A stretch of DNA of 62,044 nt, the filler included, from Dugesia japonica (Eukaryota): NCBI GenBank assembly GCA_001938525.1. It is 5 parts of 5 records of this genome, joined end to end, with 100 filler letters (N's around TTAATTAATTAA, not from the genome) between each part and the next. Parts side by side here need not be neighbours in the genome. Positions count along the whole stretch, not along the records: positions 1 to 9,082 come from MQRL01600000.1; positions 9,183 to 24,037 come from MQRL01560945.1; 3 more parts are not named here. One strand, given 5' to 3'. This document shows positions 1-14,473 of this stretch, in pieces. The notes beneath the pieces are model-generated. The model was not told the origin of the DNA and searched no databases. It was given only the letters and a program-made list of their open reading frames with translations. Each line of letters starts with the position of its first letter. Position 1 is the first letter of the stretch. The translations under genes were made by a program, and so were the position numbers.

Positions 1-1699
1 ATTGGACAATAGATAAACATTTCGCTACTAATTAAACAAGTGCATGATTGAATTAGATGAGTAGTAAATATTAAATAACTAAACTGCCGAAATTGACTCA
101 AAATCGACTAAATTAAAACACCGTAACCAAATTAATAAAGTTTTAATTAAATCAGATTCAATAACTGAACCATCGCATTTTTTATTAAAATAAAAGCTTC
201 AATCAAAATAATTTTTTGTTTTTGATAATAATTCTTATTTTCGACTTTCTTTATCAAGAATCAACTTATACTCGCATTTTACTCAAATTTCTGATAAATA
301 AAAATGTCACCTAAATTAATCAATAATTAACTTATTCAGATTTCGAGTTATTAACAGTAAAACAACAAATAAATTACTAAACTATCGAAGTCAAATTCGG
401 ATTTTAATTGTAAAACTGTCGTAACAAAATAAAAAGTTCAATGACTAAATGAGGTCTAAATAAATAGTAGATAACTGAACGGTCGAAGTAAAATAAACAA
501 AATTTCGAAATTAACAGCGAATAAATGATTAAATAATATTCAAATTAAATATAATTAAATAATAACACATAATTAACACCCTGGAACAGTTGTAACTAAA
601 GTTGTAATCCATCGTAATCAAGATTCTTCTATCCTCAATAACACTTTCAGTTTATTCATCAAATTTATTCGGTGGTTTTCCAAGATCCTTGTCATTCACA
701 CCAAAATTTCGGTTTTGAATCGTTTAGAATATTTTAATTATTTCAACGAAAGTATGATTGTCATAAGCCGCCTCTACTATCAATTTGTGCTTCGATAGTA
801 CTTTCATTCAAATTGAACCTAAACAGCAATGCACATGTTAACATTGTCACATCATTTAATATTCTCAATTTATTTTAGAATCATACATGGAATGTTTATA
901 GTAAGTTTATGATATTATTAATTTTTTTAATAAATTAAATACATTTGTTATTAATTAAAATATGCTACCAGTAAAGAATAATTAATGTATGTGAAATTGT
1001 TAATTTAATTTTTTTATGTAAATCTTTCTTTACAAAACAGTCTTTTTAATAATCAGATTTTGCTGGGATATGAAAATTGTAAGATATTTTTTATTGTAAA
1101 GTAATTATTAAGAACTGCTTTTAATTGTATATTTATTTAGTTATTTATAATTGTAATAATAGTATTAGTGTAAATTTCTTTATAAAAACATTTTTTTGAT
1201 TTATTTCAGCTTTAAATTTTATCAGAAATAGTTATTATTATCAAATATGGTTGAAGGAAATAAGGATATTAGGTTTGATATTTCTAACACTACCAATTAT
1301 TATTATTGGGGTAAAACACCTTAGAAAAAGAGAAATTAAAATATAAGTGAGTCGATATTATAAAAGTAGTCGCTATATACAAAATCATGATTGTCAAAAA
1401 ATAAATTGGTTTGTAGGTGCACATTTGGGTGCAAAGTTTACACACATACTAACACTCTAAAATATGTATCCAAAAGTGCACCTGCACTTTCAACACACAA
1501 TACCAACGAAACCCACAAAAAATTTTAAAATAAAATTAAAACAAAATTCCCCATGAATTTAAACAATAAATTTTTTTTCGATTTTGATCCCACAAAAATC
1601 TTTAATCAATCAATCACATCTGAAATCAATAATCAATCAAATCGGAAATTAATATTCGATCGGCTAGAGGGATTTGAATTGACCAATCAGATTAGTGGT

Positions 1700-2899
1700 G
1701 TCATACCTGTTCGGACTCTACACTTGTAGTCTTAATCGTCATTAAAAAAAACATAAACTCTTTGCAGATAGTCACCTTTTGTGCCACTACTTTCTAATAA
1801 CGACATATATTTTTGTAGTTTTGATAATGTATTTTCAACTCGTGTTGGCAGGTTTGCTAGCTGAAATAAAATCTTTTTCAATGGCTTGGTTTAATTGCTC
1901 ACTTATAGTCTTCTCATTACAAGTCATATCGCCATTGCTTGATATTNACGATATATCATCAGAGGCATCAGCTGCAGAAGCTCCAACATAAGGTTTTTAG
2001 TATTTGTCTAAAAATTATATCAACCTTTAATTTTAATTAACACATAAACTAAATCTGAAACAACTTTATAATTATATTTTTTACCATTTTTAACGAATCG
2101 TCAATATTGAAGTCAACCAGTGCCTTTTTTATACAACTTTTTAACAAATGAACTCTTTCCAGCATACACAGTAGGCTACTCCATCGTGTTTTGAAATATT
2201 TTCTCGAATAAATGACCATCCTAAAATGTATTTTTACATATTTTTTTAAATTATCGTTTTTCTTGGTGATCTTATAAACATATGATTTATTTTTCTTACT
2301 TTTTCTTTAGCCGGTCCAATCATTTCATGAGGGATTTTTTACATCAGATGTTTGCTGATTCAAATTAATATCAACTTAAAAATACTATTTGTCATAATTA
2401 CAATCACTGTCGCTGTTGTCAGAAAAAGATTTACTATTTTCTTCATCATCTTTTTCATATTCTATATTTTCAGTTTGGTTACTTTGGTTTTTAAATTCAG
2501 AAAATTCAGAATTCTGGCTTGTATAGAACCGAAAGTAGAGACATTTGTATGACGTGTGCAAATTATAATTGTTGATTTTTTGATAAAATGTTTTCTACTT
2601 TATTCATCATGCAAACAATACTATCTTCGAGATCAATTTTGAACCATGGACAGTTTTCAGCTGGTATCAAACCTAAATTTTAGATAAACCCTAATGTCAA
2701 AAATTATTTCCGGCATNNNNNNNNNNNNNNNNNNNNTAGAGACAATTTCTAGATGAGGTCCACTCATAAAACGAAATAAAAAACTTTAAACCATTAATAA
2801 TTTTATCCAACATTTTATTTATAACTTATTTCCCGAAATTTCGATATTTCAGGATGGATAATTACATGGGATTCCAGGATCCCGGGATAGCAAACACTA
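1700..2899 (-). mobile_element. Decayed hAT-family DNA transposon (transposase remnant and one terminus)
   Basis: Minus-strand translation gives KTRWSSLLCMLERV (~2150-2205; hAT TRWNS motif) and MTIKTTSVESEQ (~1710-1745; dimerisation-domain TSxxxER motif). Terminus TAGTGTTTGC at 2899 with CCCG/CGGG subterminal repeats. Confidence 0.75.
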
Positions 2900-4104
2900 A
2901 TATTAACAAATCTTGGACGATGGAGATAAAAGATTTACTGACAATATTCTTATATGATAAAGATAAATAATTGAGATAACTATACACTAGATCAATGAGT
3001 TAAATAGTGATTCTTATGGTGATAACTAGGATTTATTATCATTTCGAGATTTAAAATTATTAAAAGATAGAATCTCTGGTTAGGTGTTCATGACAACAGA
3101 TCACCAAGATGATTTCAACCGCGTAGTTCACTCCAAATAAGTACATTTTAAATTATCAGAGTTCAACAGCGGGAAATTTTCGAGAGTTTTATCTAATAAG
3201 ATAATAATATCGTTACATATAATCTAAAATTTATTTTAATTCTGAAATAGTAATAGATAGTGTAATAATTCAAAATTTAACTTTATATTTTGCTCCCTTG
3301 GATTCAATGCTGCCTGGTAACAATTTCTATCAACTTCGTCTATTTAAAATATCCTACTTTCCTGTTAATAATGTAAAATACTGTTAATTAAAAAAAAAAT
3401 TTTTGTACATAACGTATAGTGATCTCGTGAATTAGAGTAGTCTATAGATCATTTAAAGGTGTATCATTAGTTCTCCTTAATTCCCGGTTAGTAAAGTTAT
3501 ACAATTTGATTTGGTTAACAATTACGACTTATCACGGATTAATAAATTATATCGTTTATAATAAATTATAACATAATTTATTAGAATTTATTTTATTTAG
3601 TTATTTATTTTGAAGCAATCATAACGTATCGCGGTTGTAACCAATTATATCGAATTTTAGATTATTTCGAAGTTAATTAATCCGGCTACGAGTTATCATA
3701 TTTGTTACGATTACATAGAATAATCAGTTACTTTTCCTTTTCCGTAGTGTATATTAGGTAGTATTAATAAATTCATTATTATCATATTTAATTGAAATCG
3801 AAGTTTTTCCTCTTTTATAGCAAATCGTAGTCATTATATTATTTGAGATATTTCGTTCGTTTATATAGTAGTTAATATTGTCTGACCAATAACATACGGT
3901 AGCACGATAGTTCATTACTGTTGGGCTTATGAATAACCTATTTAATATACGGTGAAAAATTACTTTATTTGTAATTTATTTGTTTACAATGCAAGTATAA
4001 TTAATTGCCCATTCTTAGTAATATTAGTAATATAATATTATGGTAATGTAGGTTGTCCTCATCATTGTTAACCTTGATCGTTAGTTTTAGTTTAACAGCA
4101 ACGC

Positions 4105-4920
4105 GTTTCGATTCATATCCGTTCGACTAGTCATTAATGGAATCGTTATAGGCAAAAAAATATTAAACATTTTCTCATATGATACGACCGTGAATTAGTC
4201 GCCTACAAAGAAATGATGGTCATTTAAAAAATTAATTACTGAACGTGTAACTGGATCTGACATTATTCAATCGTATGATTTAGAAATGCTGTGATATATT
4301 TTCATTTAGATTCATGTTTTTTCAACACTCCCGTTTTGATTGATGTGGATACCGAGTCGGGCACTGTGACCACCAAACGAAACGACATCAGCATCAGCTA
4401 CAAACGAAGAATCACATTTTGATTGATGTGGATACCGAGTCGGGCACTGTGACCACCAAACGAAACGACATCAGCATCAGCTACAAACGANNNNNNNNNN
4501 NNNNNNNNNNNNNNNNNNNNNNNNNNNNNNNNNNNNNNNNCTATTTTTAGTAACAGGGGGGGAGGGGGGGGTAGAAAAAGTGGAGGTTCAGTGCGGACAT
4601 GTCTCACTACTGTTTCGATTCATATCCGTTCGACTAGTCATTAATGGAATCGTTATAGGCAAAAAAAATATTAAACATTTTCTCATATGATACGACCGTG
4701 AATTAGTCGCCTACAAAGAAATGATGGTCATTTGAAAATTAATTACTGAACGTGTAACTGGATCTGACATTATTCAATCGTATGATTGAGAAATGCTGTG
4801 ATATATTTTCATTTAGATTCATGTTTTTTCAACACTCCCGTTTTGATTGATGTGGATACCGAGTCGGGCACTGTGACCACCAAACGAAACGACATCAGCA
4901 TCAGCTACAAACGAAGAATC
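4105..4920. repeat. Near-exact ~305-bp direct duplication flanking an N gap (probable assembly artefact)
   Basis: 4105-4410 recurs at ~4613-4920, with an extra partial copy at ~4417-4490 next to the gap. Confidence 0.75.
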
Positions 4921-6139
4921 TCTAGATATGGAAGCGGCAGCAAAGAAATCTAGATTAGGATATTTATAGAATTAGTAGCGCTGTTTCCAAAGTCGATAAA
5001 TGTCTTGATTATCTTAAAATTATATAAGTCTCAAATAGGTGTCGAATTCTAGAAAATAACCTCTGCTTACAGTTTTTTGTTAAATTCAAAAACATAAGGC
5101 ATTGGCAAAAAATCATTTTATACGAATTTAATTGAGATTACTTTTTGAACCTAGTAATTAGGATTAACTCAATAATCAGAAATGTAAGACATATCAATTA
5201 TTTCAATAAATAATTCATATTAATTAATTATATTTTTATATTTCAGCTACAATTATTCCATTACTCAGCATCACTAACATTATTTCTTTCTTGGTTGGCG
5301 TGATTTGCTGTTTAAAATATAAAAGAAATACCAGGCAAAATAATTTGAAGTAATTTATATTTTGGCTACAAATAAGTGAAATTTGTACGATTTACTTGAT
5401 AGGTTTATATTAGACGTTTCTCACATCAACATGAATTTTATATGCGTTTTGACTAGTTATCTACTACAAAATTCTGTTGTGGACTTTTTTAACTCTATAT
5501 ACCTTCGGCATCTAGTCTAATATTTTTACAAAATGGTTTAGTATATTTTTGAAAGAAAGAAAATATTTTTCTATCAAATAAATTTTACTGCTCACCAATC
5601 ACATTTTACACGTTTCTTTTCAAAGATTTATCTTAATTAAAAAATGTAACATTTCTATTATATGCAATCTGGTATTTAATGGGTTGTTAACTTGTCATTT
5701 TGAGCAGCATAATCTATACAAAATATTGGACATAGGTTTCCATAATCCTTTAAAGGAAGTTGAAGCCTTCCACTAAAATCTTTATTACTTTTAACAAACG
5801 CTATTAGATGCTCCGACGTTTGATGATCCTTAGCTCATTAATATTAGCTCCTCACCCGAGGAAAATCATTGTTAATATTTATATGTTCAAGTAACATTAT
5901 TCTTTGTCTTAGTATAATTAATAAAATCAATATATTATTTGTATTCTAAGTAAAATTATTATCTATAATACCATTAAAATTATTTTCATACATTGTTTCA
6001 ATATCAGTTTTGTTTTCATTACATACCATTATATTATCTGCTCCGACATGTACATTCAGACGGAGCGAACCCTTCAAGGTCCGTTAGCATCCAATCGAGT
6101 ACGTTCATGATTGAACTTATCGATCAGCTTGTGTAGTAT

Positions 6140-7970
6140 TAACTAGAATAAGCTCGATTACAGTATGTGCATCTCTGGCGGCATTGTTTCCAACCGTTCA
6201 CATTTGGTATCAAATATACATCGCTACAACTGTATAATCTTGGTAATAAATCTTTAATTAAAACCCTTGATAAAAAGCATCTAAGAACTGGATTTAACAT
6301 AAATATGAAGCGTACTGTTGATTATATTCTTAATGGAAATAATACCTCAGGCACACCTAAATATGACGACATTATTAATAATTTTACTCACCTTGATCCT
6401 ACTTCAAATAATTCGGAAAATATTAGACCATTTNGTAAAACTTCGAACACTTTTCTTCTATTCAAATACTTGCGTATGCTGATGACATAGCTCTAATAGC
6501 AAAAAATACTGATTATCTTTAAACTCTTGTAAATAAAGTCATTGAAGTCGCTAAAGTTATTGATAAGGAATTTCGTCTCGAGAAATTTGCTTACATTCAA
6601 TATCCAAATATTAACATTATGTTATAAGCATTTATGATATAAAAATTAAAAAACTACTTAGTAATGAATTTTATCAGTATCTTGGTGTTCCAATTGGAGA
6701 TCGTAATGATCAAACACCATATGATACTATTCAAAAATTAATAACTGATGCCGAAAAACTGGCAAANNNNNNNNNNNNNNNNNNNNNNNNNNNNNNNNNN
6801 NNNNNNNNNNNNNNNNNNNNNNNNNNNNNNNNTTCCTTTTAGAACTCGTGAAATCAAAACGAGTGCATTATCTATTCGTTTCGGTAACAGCAAATGTAGT
6901 TATAATTTGAATACAACTTCAAAAAATGATGAATCTAACCTGATCATTCTGAAATTGCTTATTTTTATACAGCAACAGAAATGGGGGGGAGCGGGGTGTA
7001 TTGATCTTCTTGATGATTACCATTGCCAAAGTATTGCACAATTCTTTAGATTATTTACTACTGATNNNNNNNNNNNNNNNNNNNNNNNNNNNNNNNNNNN
7101 NNNNNNNNNNNNNNNNNNNNNNNNNNNNNNNNNNNNNNNNNNNNNNNNNNNNNNNNNNNNNNNNNNNNNNNNNNNNNNNNNNNNNNNNNNNNNNNNNTTA
7201 CTGTAAACAGTGACTGCAGAAAACAAGTTGCCTTTCTATTACCTAAAATCATATCTGATTCTTACTCAATAGTATGGCATAAAAGTAATAATAGCAACAT
7301 TTTAGCAACATCTTAGTCCAGATGTCAACAAACTAATCTTTTGCAGTGTTCTAGGTGAATTTGAATGGAATTTCATACACAAAGCACCCACAAATACACT
7401 TTCAATAAATGCTTGACCACATATCATTAATTCCGATGAAAGACTATGTCGACGATGTCATTCTCACAATGAAACAATGTCACATCTTCTACAAAGTTGT
7501 GATATTAACAAATCATTAGGAACAACGCGTCATAATGCATGCATAGAAATAATTGTTCAATATTTAAAATCCCCTGATTTAATAATCGTAATTGATCGTA
7601 CTTGTTCTTTGGTTCCAGACTCATTAGAACGCTTTGATATTATGATTACTGATTTGGAAAGAAAAGGAATATTTCTAGTTGATGTAAAATATCCTATTGA
7701 CTCAATTGAAGGCTTCTTAAAAATAGATCAAGGGAATAAAATGAAATATAATAATTTAAAAAACAAGATAAATTTAGCAAAACCTGGTTACTATATATAA
7801 TTGTACACCTGTGTAATAGTATCATTGGAACTATTCCACCTGAGACCAAGTCATTCAGAAAATTGGTGTACGAAAAAGTTTAATAAATAAATGTTTAACA
7901 AAATGTGCAATCTCCAATATACAGAATTCTGCACGTATTTAGGAGTTTCATATATCAGGAACATACCCGA
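6140..7970 (+). mobile_element. Decayed, internally deleted non-LTR retrotransposon of the restriction-like endonuclease group (R2/NeSL/Utopia-like)
   Basis: RT motifs IQILAYADDIAL (~6460-6495) and YQYLGVPIG (~6672-6698); CCHC knuckle CRRCHSHNETMSHLLQSC followed by RHN; RLE motif (P/F)DIMITD..IFLVDVKYP (7477-7800). Many stops and frameshifts. Confidence 0.88.
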
Positions 7971-8288
7971 ATTTTTTAGATACTATCGTACATTTGTTTT
8001 TACATAATTTTAATTTTCTCATATTTTAATTTTAATTTCTAATACACATTGAAAATTAGAATAGAAAATAAAAAGTATTCTTTTATTTCAAAAAAAAGAA
8101 ATAAAGGATTTAATTTGTTTAAATTATTATCTTAATTNNNNNNNNNNNNNNNNNNNNNNNNNNNNNNNNNNNNNNNNNNNNNNNNNNNNNNNNNNNNNNN
8201 NNNNNNNCAAATTTGATCAATCAAATTGAGAATCTAATGAAAAAAATCATCCCAGATATGATAAAATCTAGATTTTAATTATATTCAG

Positions 8289-8594
8289 AGATTTTGAATG
8301 ATGTTTTCGAAGTAGCTGTTTCCATGCATGCTTATTCTAATGAACAAGTCAATGAAATCCTCAAAGAAATTCAGTCCAATATTAACGATATTTCAAAGCA
8401 AATCAAATCAGAAAAATCGACAATTCCAAGTAGAATTGAGATTTCAAAGAATAAAAAACAAGCTTTATGTCATGAAATAAATCTTTTAGTAGTAGTAGTA
8501 GTAATAATTATAATTATAATAATAATTATATTAATAATAATGTTTAATTCTCATTTAATTTTAGAAATAGAGGAAGAACTTGTAAGCCGGAAAG
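8289..8594 (+). CDS. Internal exons of an unidentified spliced host gene (about 8289-8488 and 8565-8594; further small exons likely near 8760 and 9019)
   Basis: Open, coiled-coil-like frame bounded by ttcag| and |gtagt, then ttttag| and |gtaat, separated by a short AT-rich intron; product not recognised. Confidence 0.45.
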
Positions 8595-9082
8595 GTAATA
8601 GATTTCAATTGGATTTTATTATAGCTGAACTTTAAATACATAGTTTATTTTATACCAGAATTATCAATTTAATCTTTAAATTTAATCTTTTATTCTTTAA
8701 TTTAAATATTGGTCTTGTTTATTTATAAATTGGTTAATAACAAATTTCTTATTTTCAAGGATTTACAAACTTTAATAAAATTCTTAACAAAGTTTATGCG
8801 GAAATCTGAAGCCATTAGTTTCACGAGATTCCAACATTTCTCTGCATNTTGATAATTTTGTGTAAATTATTTTGTGTAAAGTTAAACCTTTTTACTCTTT
8901 CTGAAAAAAAATTTGAAAATAGCTAACTATACATGAAATAAAGATTTTTATTTGCAATGTGCTTTCTTTTAATTACTTTTAATTATTTTGAAAATTTTAA
9001 ATATTTCAAATTTTTCAGGATCAAACCAGAATCAAATTTGACACCAAGTAAATAATAATCATATTATTATAATTATTATTAT

Positions 9083-9182
9083 NNNNNNNNNNNNNNNNNN
9101 NNNNNNNNNNNNNNNNNNNNNNNNNNTTAATTAATTAANNNNNNNNNNNNNNNNNNNNNNNNNNNNNNNNNNNNNNNNNNNN
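9083..9182. other. Artificial contig-joining spacer (44 N + TTAATTAATTAA + 44 N); identical spacers at 24038-24137, 32817-32916 and 53103-53202
   Basis: The same 100-bp structure occurs four times; TTAATTAATTAA gives stops in all six frames, a standard scaffolding linker. Confidence 0.97.
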
Positions 9183-9255
9183 ATTAATAATACAAATAAT
9201 AATAATTAATATTAAAAATAATAAAAAAATAAAAATAATTATAATAATAATAATA

Positions 9256-9291
<36 letters not shown>

Positions 9292-9362
9292 TAATAATAA
9301 TAATAATAATAANNNNNNNNNNNNNNNNNNNNNNNNNNNNNNNNNNNNNNNNNNNNNNNNNN

Positions 9363-9425
<63 letters not shown>
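9183..9425. repeat. (AAT)n microsatellite at a contig end; complementary (ATT)n at 24138-24198
   Basis: Directly visible trinucleotide runs next to gaps. Confidence 0.95.
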
Positions 9426-9428
<3 letters not shown>

Positions 9429-10864
9429 GTAATATTCCAACTACATTATCATAATTATTATAAATTTACTTGTTAAAATAGTTTATCACAAATGTATAGA
9501 AATTTTAAAATTAAGAAATATTCGATCATTTTAAGAATGCTAATCTAACTTTATAACAGTTTTAAGGTCAATGTTGTTTTAGAGAATTGTTAGAAAATTA
9601 CATAAAATAAATTGATTTACGAAAAATTTGATTAATTAATTTCATTATCTTATCTACACGTAATTGATAATTCAAAGAATATTTTGTTGCTATATGGAAA
9701 TTGTTTCGTTAATATTAAATTCTTAATTCCAATTTTTCTTTAATTCCATAGAATGATGTTATAACTAAATCCTATAAATAATATCTTAGATTTTTAAATC
9801 TCCTATGAAATTTGCAATAAAATTAATGTAAATAGTTTTATTTTTTATAATTGATAAATTTGCTATTTGGAAGTTATAATTTAAATTTGGAGTAAACTTT
9901 TGTTAAACATGTTAAAAGTAATCGATTTACAAGAATTATGTAAATTGAAAATGTTTGGAATCAACTGAAATACCTAGTCCAAAAACTAGTAGAAATCTCT
10001 AGTGTTTATGTTAAGCACAAACAGCACTGTGAATGAAATAAGATATGAGCTAACCAGTATAATTATAATTAAAAACCATTAATAATTATGGTATGCAAAC
10101 AATTTCAGTTGATGTTTTAAAAATCTATACAGTATGAATTTAGCAATGTGTTTTATAGTTGAATAAATCTTTTGATAAATGTGAGATAATTGATTTTAAA
10201 TAAGTTATTAACATTAAATGAAGAATTAAATTATTAATAAAATGAATTTCGTATATGACAGGGGTCGGCAACGTTTTGGTAACAATGTGCCGACATACAG
10301 TTCCAAATGATTCGTTGTGCAAATTATATACGAAGTTTTGAACAAGTCGTATCATATTACCTTTCTACAATATATAATTTTGTTACAAGCATAATCCAAT
10401 TAATGATATTGTAATTTTAAAACAGAATTTATGTAAGTCATTGATGATTGCTAATGTAGGTTGCCGACTCCTGATTACGTGAGTAAAAGTGAAATGGATT
10501 CATTTCTTCATACAAAGAAAATTATTTATTTATAATTGCAACATATAAATTAAAATGAAAACAAGTAAAACAAGAACTGCATTGTTGAAGAAGTTAAATA
10601 AATTTCTTTCGTTGGCTAAATATAGTAAGTTATAAATGATACCTATTTAATATGAATATCAGACATTAGAATAGAGCAAATTGTTCATTAAACGACAATC
10701 ATTTGTAACAAAGTATTTTATAACGATATATAACGAGCATTAATAAATTAATTTCTTGTGTTAAATGTTATAAGAGAAAATTTTCCTCTAATGTAAAATA
10801 AAGATTATATTAAAACATAATCAAATTTATATATAAATATAAAATATTACACTTATACTGGGAT

Positions 10865-11389
10865 TAGGGTTTCCATTTTCGGTAAACGGTAAATGGTATT
10901 ACCGATTACCGCATAATTATTTTACTTACAAATTTTATACAGCCAAAAAAAATGTTTTAGAAAAACAAAATTATTAAAAAAGATTTATGTTTTAGTTAGA
11001 TATATAAAATGTAGACTTTATGAATAATTATTTGGGCGATTTTGAAATTGCTAATATATTTTGCTCTAAATTAAGAAATAAGCTAGGGGGCGATTCAATA
11101 GCTGCATTATGCTTCTTAAAAGATTATTTTAAGGAAAAAAATATAAATAAATAATGGTTAATTACTATTGTGGAGCTTGAGATTTTTGTAAGAATAAAAT
11201 TTATTGTTATTGAATTGTTTATTTTTAATCATTTATCATCATTGCTTATATCTAAGAAATATTTTAATTAAGTTTTCTTATTTGTTAAATTTATATATAT
11301 TTATGTCATTTACCGTCGGTAAAAACGGTTTTTTACCGGTTTTTGAGAAATTTTGTATTTTCAAATTACCGGTAAAAATGGAAACCCTA
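10865..11389. mobile_element. Non-autonomous hAT-type MITE (525 bp)
   Basis: TIRs TAGGGTTTCCATTTT / AAAATGGAAACCCTA; 8-bp TSD ACTGGGAT (10857-10864) / GCTGGGAT (11390-11397); CGGTAA/TTACCG subterminal repeats. Confidence 0.92.
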
Positions 11390-13049
11390 GCTGGGATGTA
11401 ACAATTAATAGTTTGTTAATTTTAAGTAGATGAAATCTCTAAAGCTACAAGCTCATTTAACGAAACGGCTGATACAAATCTTAATACTCAACAAAACCTG
11501 GAAGAGTGATTTAGATTTTGAAGCTTTTAATTTCAATTGTATAATCTTTACTTTTAATAGAATTCAGCTATTCATATTACTTTCAATAACTAATGTAACA
11601 TTTCGAAGAAAATAATGGAGTAATTTTGCGGAGACAATAATACTGAATCTATTAAACATGCAGCGAAAATCGGATGAAAATCTTTGTAATAAATTCCAGA
11701 TAGAAAATGAAACTAAATGTGTATCTTGTTAATGAGTTGGAAATGATAATTAAATTATTTCATTAGTCAATTTGAAATTATTTATTTATAAATTAAAAAC
11801 TTTCGTAGTAATAAATTAAATGATTAAAATGCCAAGACTTCTTGAGATAATAGATAAAACAATAAAATATCGAATTCCAACGGAATAAATATGAAATTTG
11901 TCGGAAATTTAGGACAAATTGAAATTATCAAAATTATCTGAAATTGTTTATTCTATAAATGTAATAATTCCAGGCATAATTTGATATATTTTGTGTTTAT
12001 TAGCATACAATACTTATTATTATTATTTACTAAGGTTTAGCAAACATTATATACAATACAGAAATGAAATACTTATAATGAAATAAAGCATAATTGTTGA
12101 TAGAAAACTATATAATAAATGAATATTTTATAAAACCAAATTAATTACATAAATCAAATTAAATGTAAACCATAAAAATGGAACAATATATAATATTTTT
12201 TAGTCGAATGCGCTAATTTTTTTTTATTAGAAATCATTGTAGATTAAGTTATTATTTCTAATGTAATTCCTTTAATTTTGAACTTATACACTCAAATCAA
12301 TCAGGTCTGTTTTAGAAATAAATTAAATGCTTTGGATAATTGAGAAAAAAAAATTAAATAACCAGATTTAATCAAAATATAAATCTGTACAGCATATAAA
12401 AGTGGTTTTCAGCATTTTTGGCGACCGGAAAAAAAATTCCACACGACCCACTGTGGAATAAAAATGAAATTTTCCTGTCAAAAAATCTTAATTTTACAAT
12501 TACAATTATTGCAAGAATAATTATTGGACTTATCCATTGATCGTATTTGAGATTTAGTTAAATCAAAAGTTTCCATCAAATACTGTTTTTCTTTTTATTA
12601 TAAATATTTATGGTGACCAAACTGCTGCTCTTTTGTTTTTTTCAATGCGGCTCTGTCCAAAATTGAGTTGAAAAAATTTAATACAATAACTTGAGTTACC
12701 AGTAAATAATGAAAATTTTCTATGAGTATTTTTAATGTACANNNNNNNNNNNNNNNNNNNNNNNNNNNNNNNNNNNNNNNNNNNNNNNNNNNNNNNNNAA
12801 CCCGTTATCTGCCAGATTTTTTCCCGCTTTTTTCACTTCTATAGCAAATTATTTTTGATTTAGTTAAATCAAAAGTTTCCATCAAATATTGTTTTTCCTT
12901 TTATTATAAATATTTATGGTGACCAAACTGCAGCTCTTTTGTTTTTTTCAATGCGGCTCTGTCCAAAATTGAGTTGAAAAAATNNNNNNNNNNNNNNNNN
13001 NNNNNNNNNNNNNNNNNNNNNNNNNNNNNNNNNGAGTATTTTTAATGTA

Positions 13050-14473
13050 CAGGGTGCGTAAGGTATTTGAGAACATATATTTGGTGTTACTTTTGTATAT
13101 TATTTCTTAACCCGTTATCTGCAAGATTTTTTCCCGCTTTTTTCACTTCTATAGCAAATTATTTTTTTGTGAAGATGTCGCTACATACTCTTCTGAACGT
13201 AACTGTGTTGCCAGTTAAAATATTCCAGTAAGAACTACCAACTGCAGAACAATAATAGTCGCGTACCAAAAATGGGGATCATGGCAGGAAACGAGTTAAT
13301 GCATTACTCATAAAATTTGTTTTATTGTAAGTATAGTAAACAGACTAATGAAGGACATTCAAATTACTAAAAAAAATGAAAGGCAAGTTTTAATTGTGGC
13401 TTTACAAGCTGATCATATCCAATTAGATTTTTAAAAGTCGTCAGATATTTTGTTTTTAATATTCGTAAAGTGTTAGAAAACAAAAGTGAAAATATCATAG
13501 CAAACGCTCTGATATCGTCAGAAAGTTGATTTCTAAGAAAGTTAAGCCAAAGAAGTTTAATCCAAGAAGTTAAGCAGAACATTGCTGAAAATCCCAGAAT
13601 ATCCATGAGATCACTTGCTAAAAATTATTTCAAGGTCTCAGAAGAAATTATCAGAAAAATTGTCAATGTAAACATCGGATAAAAGTCTTACGTACTGAGG
13701 ACAGAACAATTACTGTCTGAAAAAACAAAAGAAAATTGATTAATCAGATCAAAAAGTCAAAATCAACAAACCAGTAGAAAAAGATGCAATTTGGTTTTTC
13801 TCAGAAGAAAAAAACTTTGACCAAGATCATAAGGTTAATAAGAAAAATGATCGTTGGTTATGTAGAGACTCTAGTAAAGTTCTGAGAGTAATGCACAACA
13901 AATTTCCTGCAATTATCATGGTTTTAGCGGTAGTCATCACTTCTTTCAACCAGGTATTAAAGTGAACTTTGCTGTCAATATTGAGATCCTGCAAAATGTT
14001 GTTAAGCCTTGGATAGATTTGGTGCGAAATGAAAGACCTTATATTTTTCAAAAAGACTCCGCACCATCACATAAGGCTAACTTAACGTAGAAATAGATGG
14101 CTGAAAAGTTTTATGGCCAGATCACTCCTAATATTTGACCTTTTAACTCCCCAGACCTTAATCCAATGGATTACTACATATGGAATGTAATTGATAAACA
14201 GATCAATGAGCATTCTCACAACACTATAGATTGTTTGAAAGCGATCATAATATCGAATATGAAACAAGCCTATTTAAGTAAAAATTATAAAAGATTTCAA
14301 TCTCGTGTAGAAGCAGTTATTGAAACTGATGGTGACTTCTTTGAATAAAACTATTAAGCAGTTAATAAATGTTTATCCTTGTAGAATTTTCCATTAATAA
14401 AGTTATTATGTGTCGGTATAAATCTGGTTTCCTATAGACATCAAATATGTTCTCGAATACCACACGCTCCATG
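13050..14473 (+). mobile_element. maT (DD37D) Tc1/mariner-superfamily transposon with both TIRs; transposase pseudogenised
   Basis: TA-flanked imperfect TIRs CAGGGTGCGTAAGGTATTTGAGAACATAT / ATATGTTCTCGAATACCACACGCTCCATG; catalytic region FQKD-(37 aa)-D ending SPDLNPMDY; several in-frame stops. Confidence 0.9.

Noticed and set aside
9127-9138. Recurrent TTAATTAATTAA palindrome between N runs
   Set aside because: Artificial linker; it also means adjacency between the five contigs has no biological meaning.
9135-9440. Poly-Tyr/Leu/Ile ORF
   Set aside because: Translation of an (AAT)n microsatellite and Ns.
12555-13050. Tandem duplications around gaps (also 4105-4920, 19728-19916, 35735-35810)
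   Set aside because: Near-identical copies directly flanking N gaps are typical of unmerged contig overlaps.
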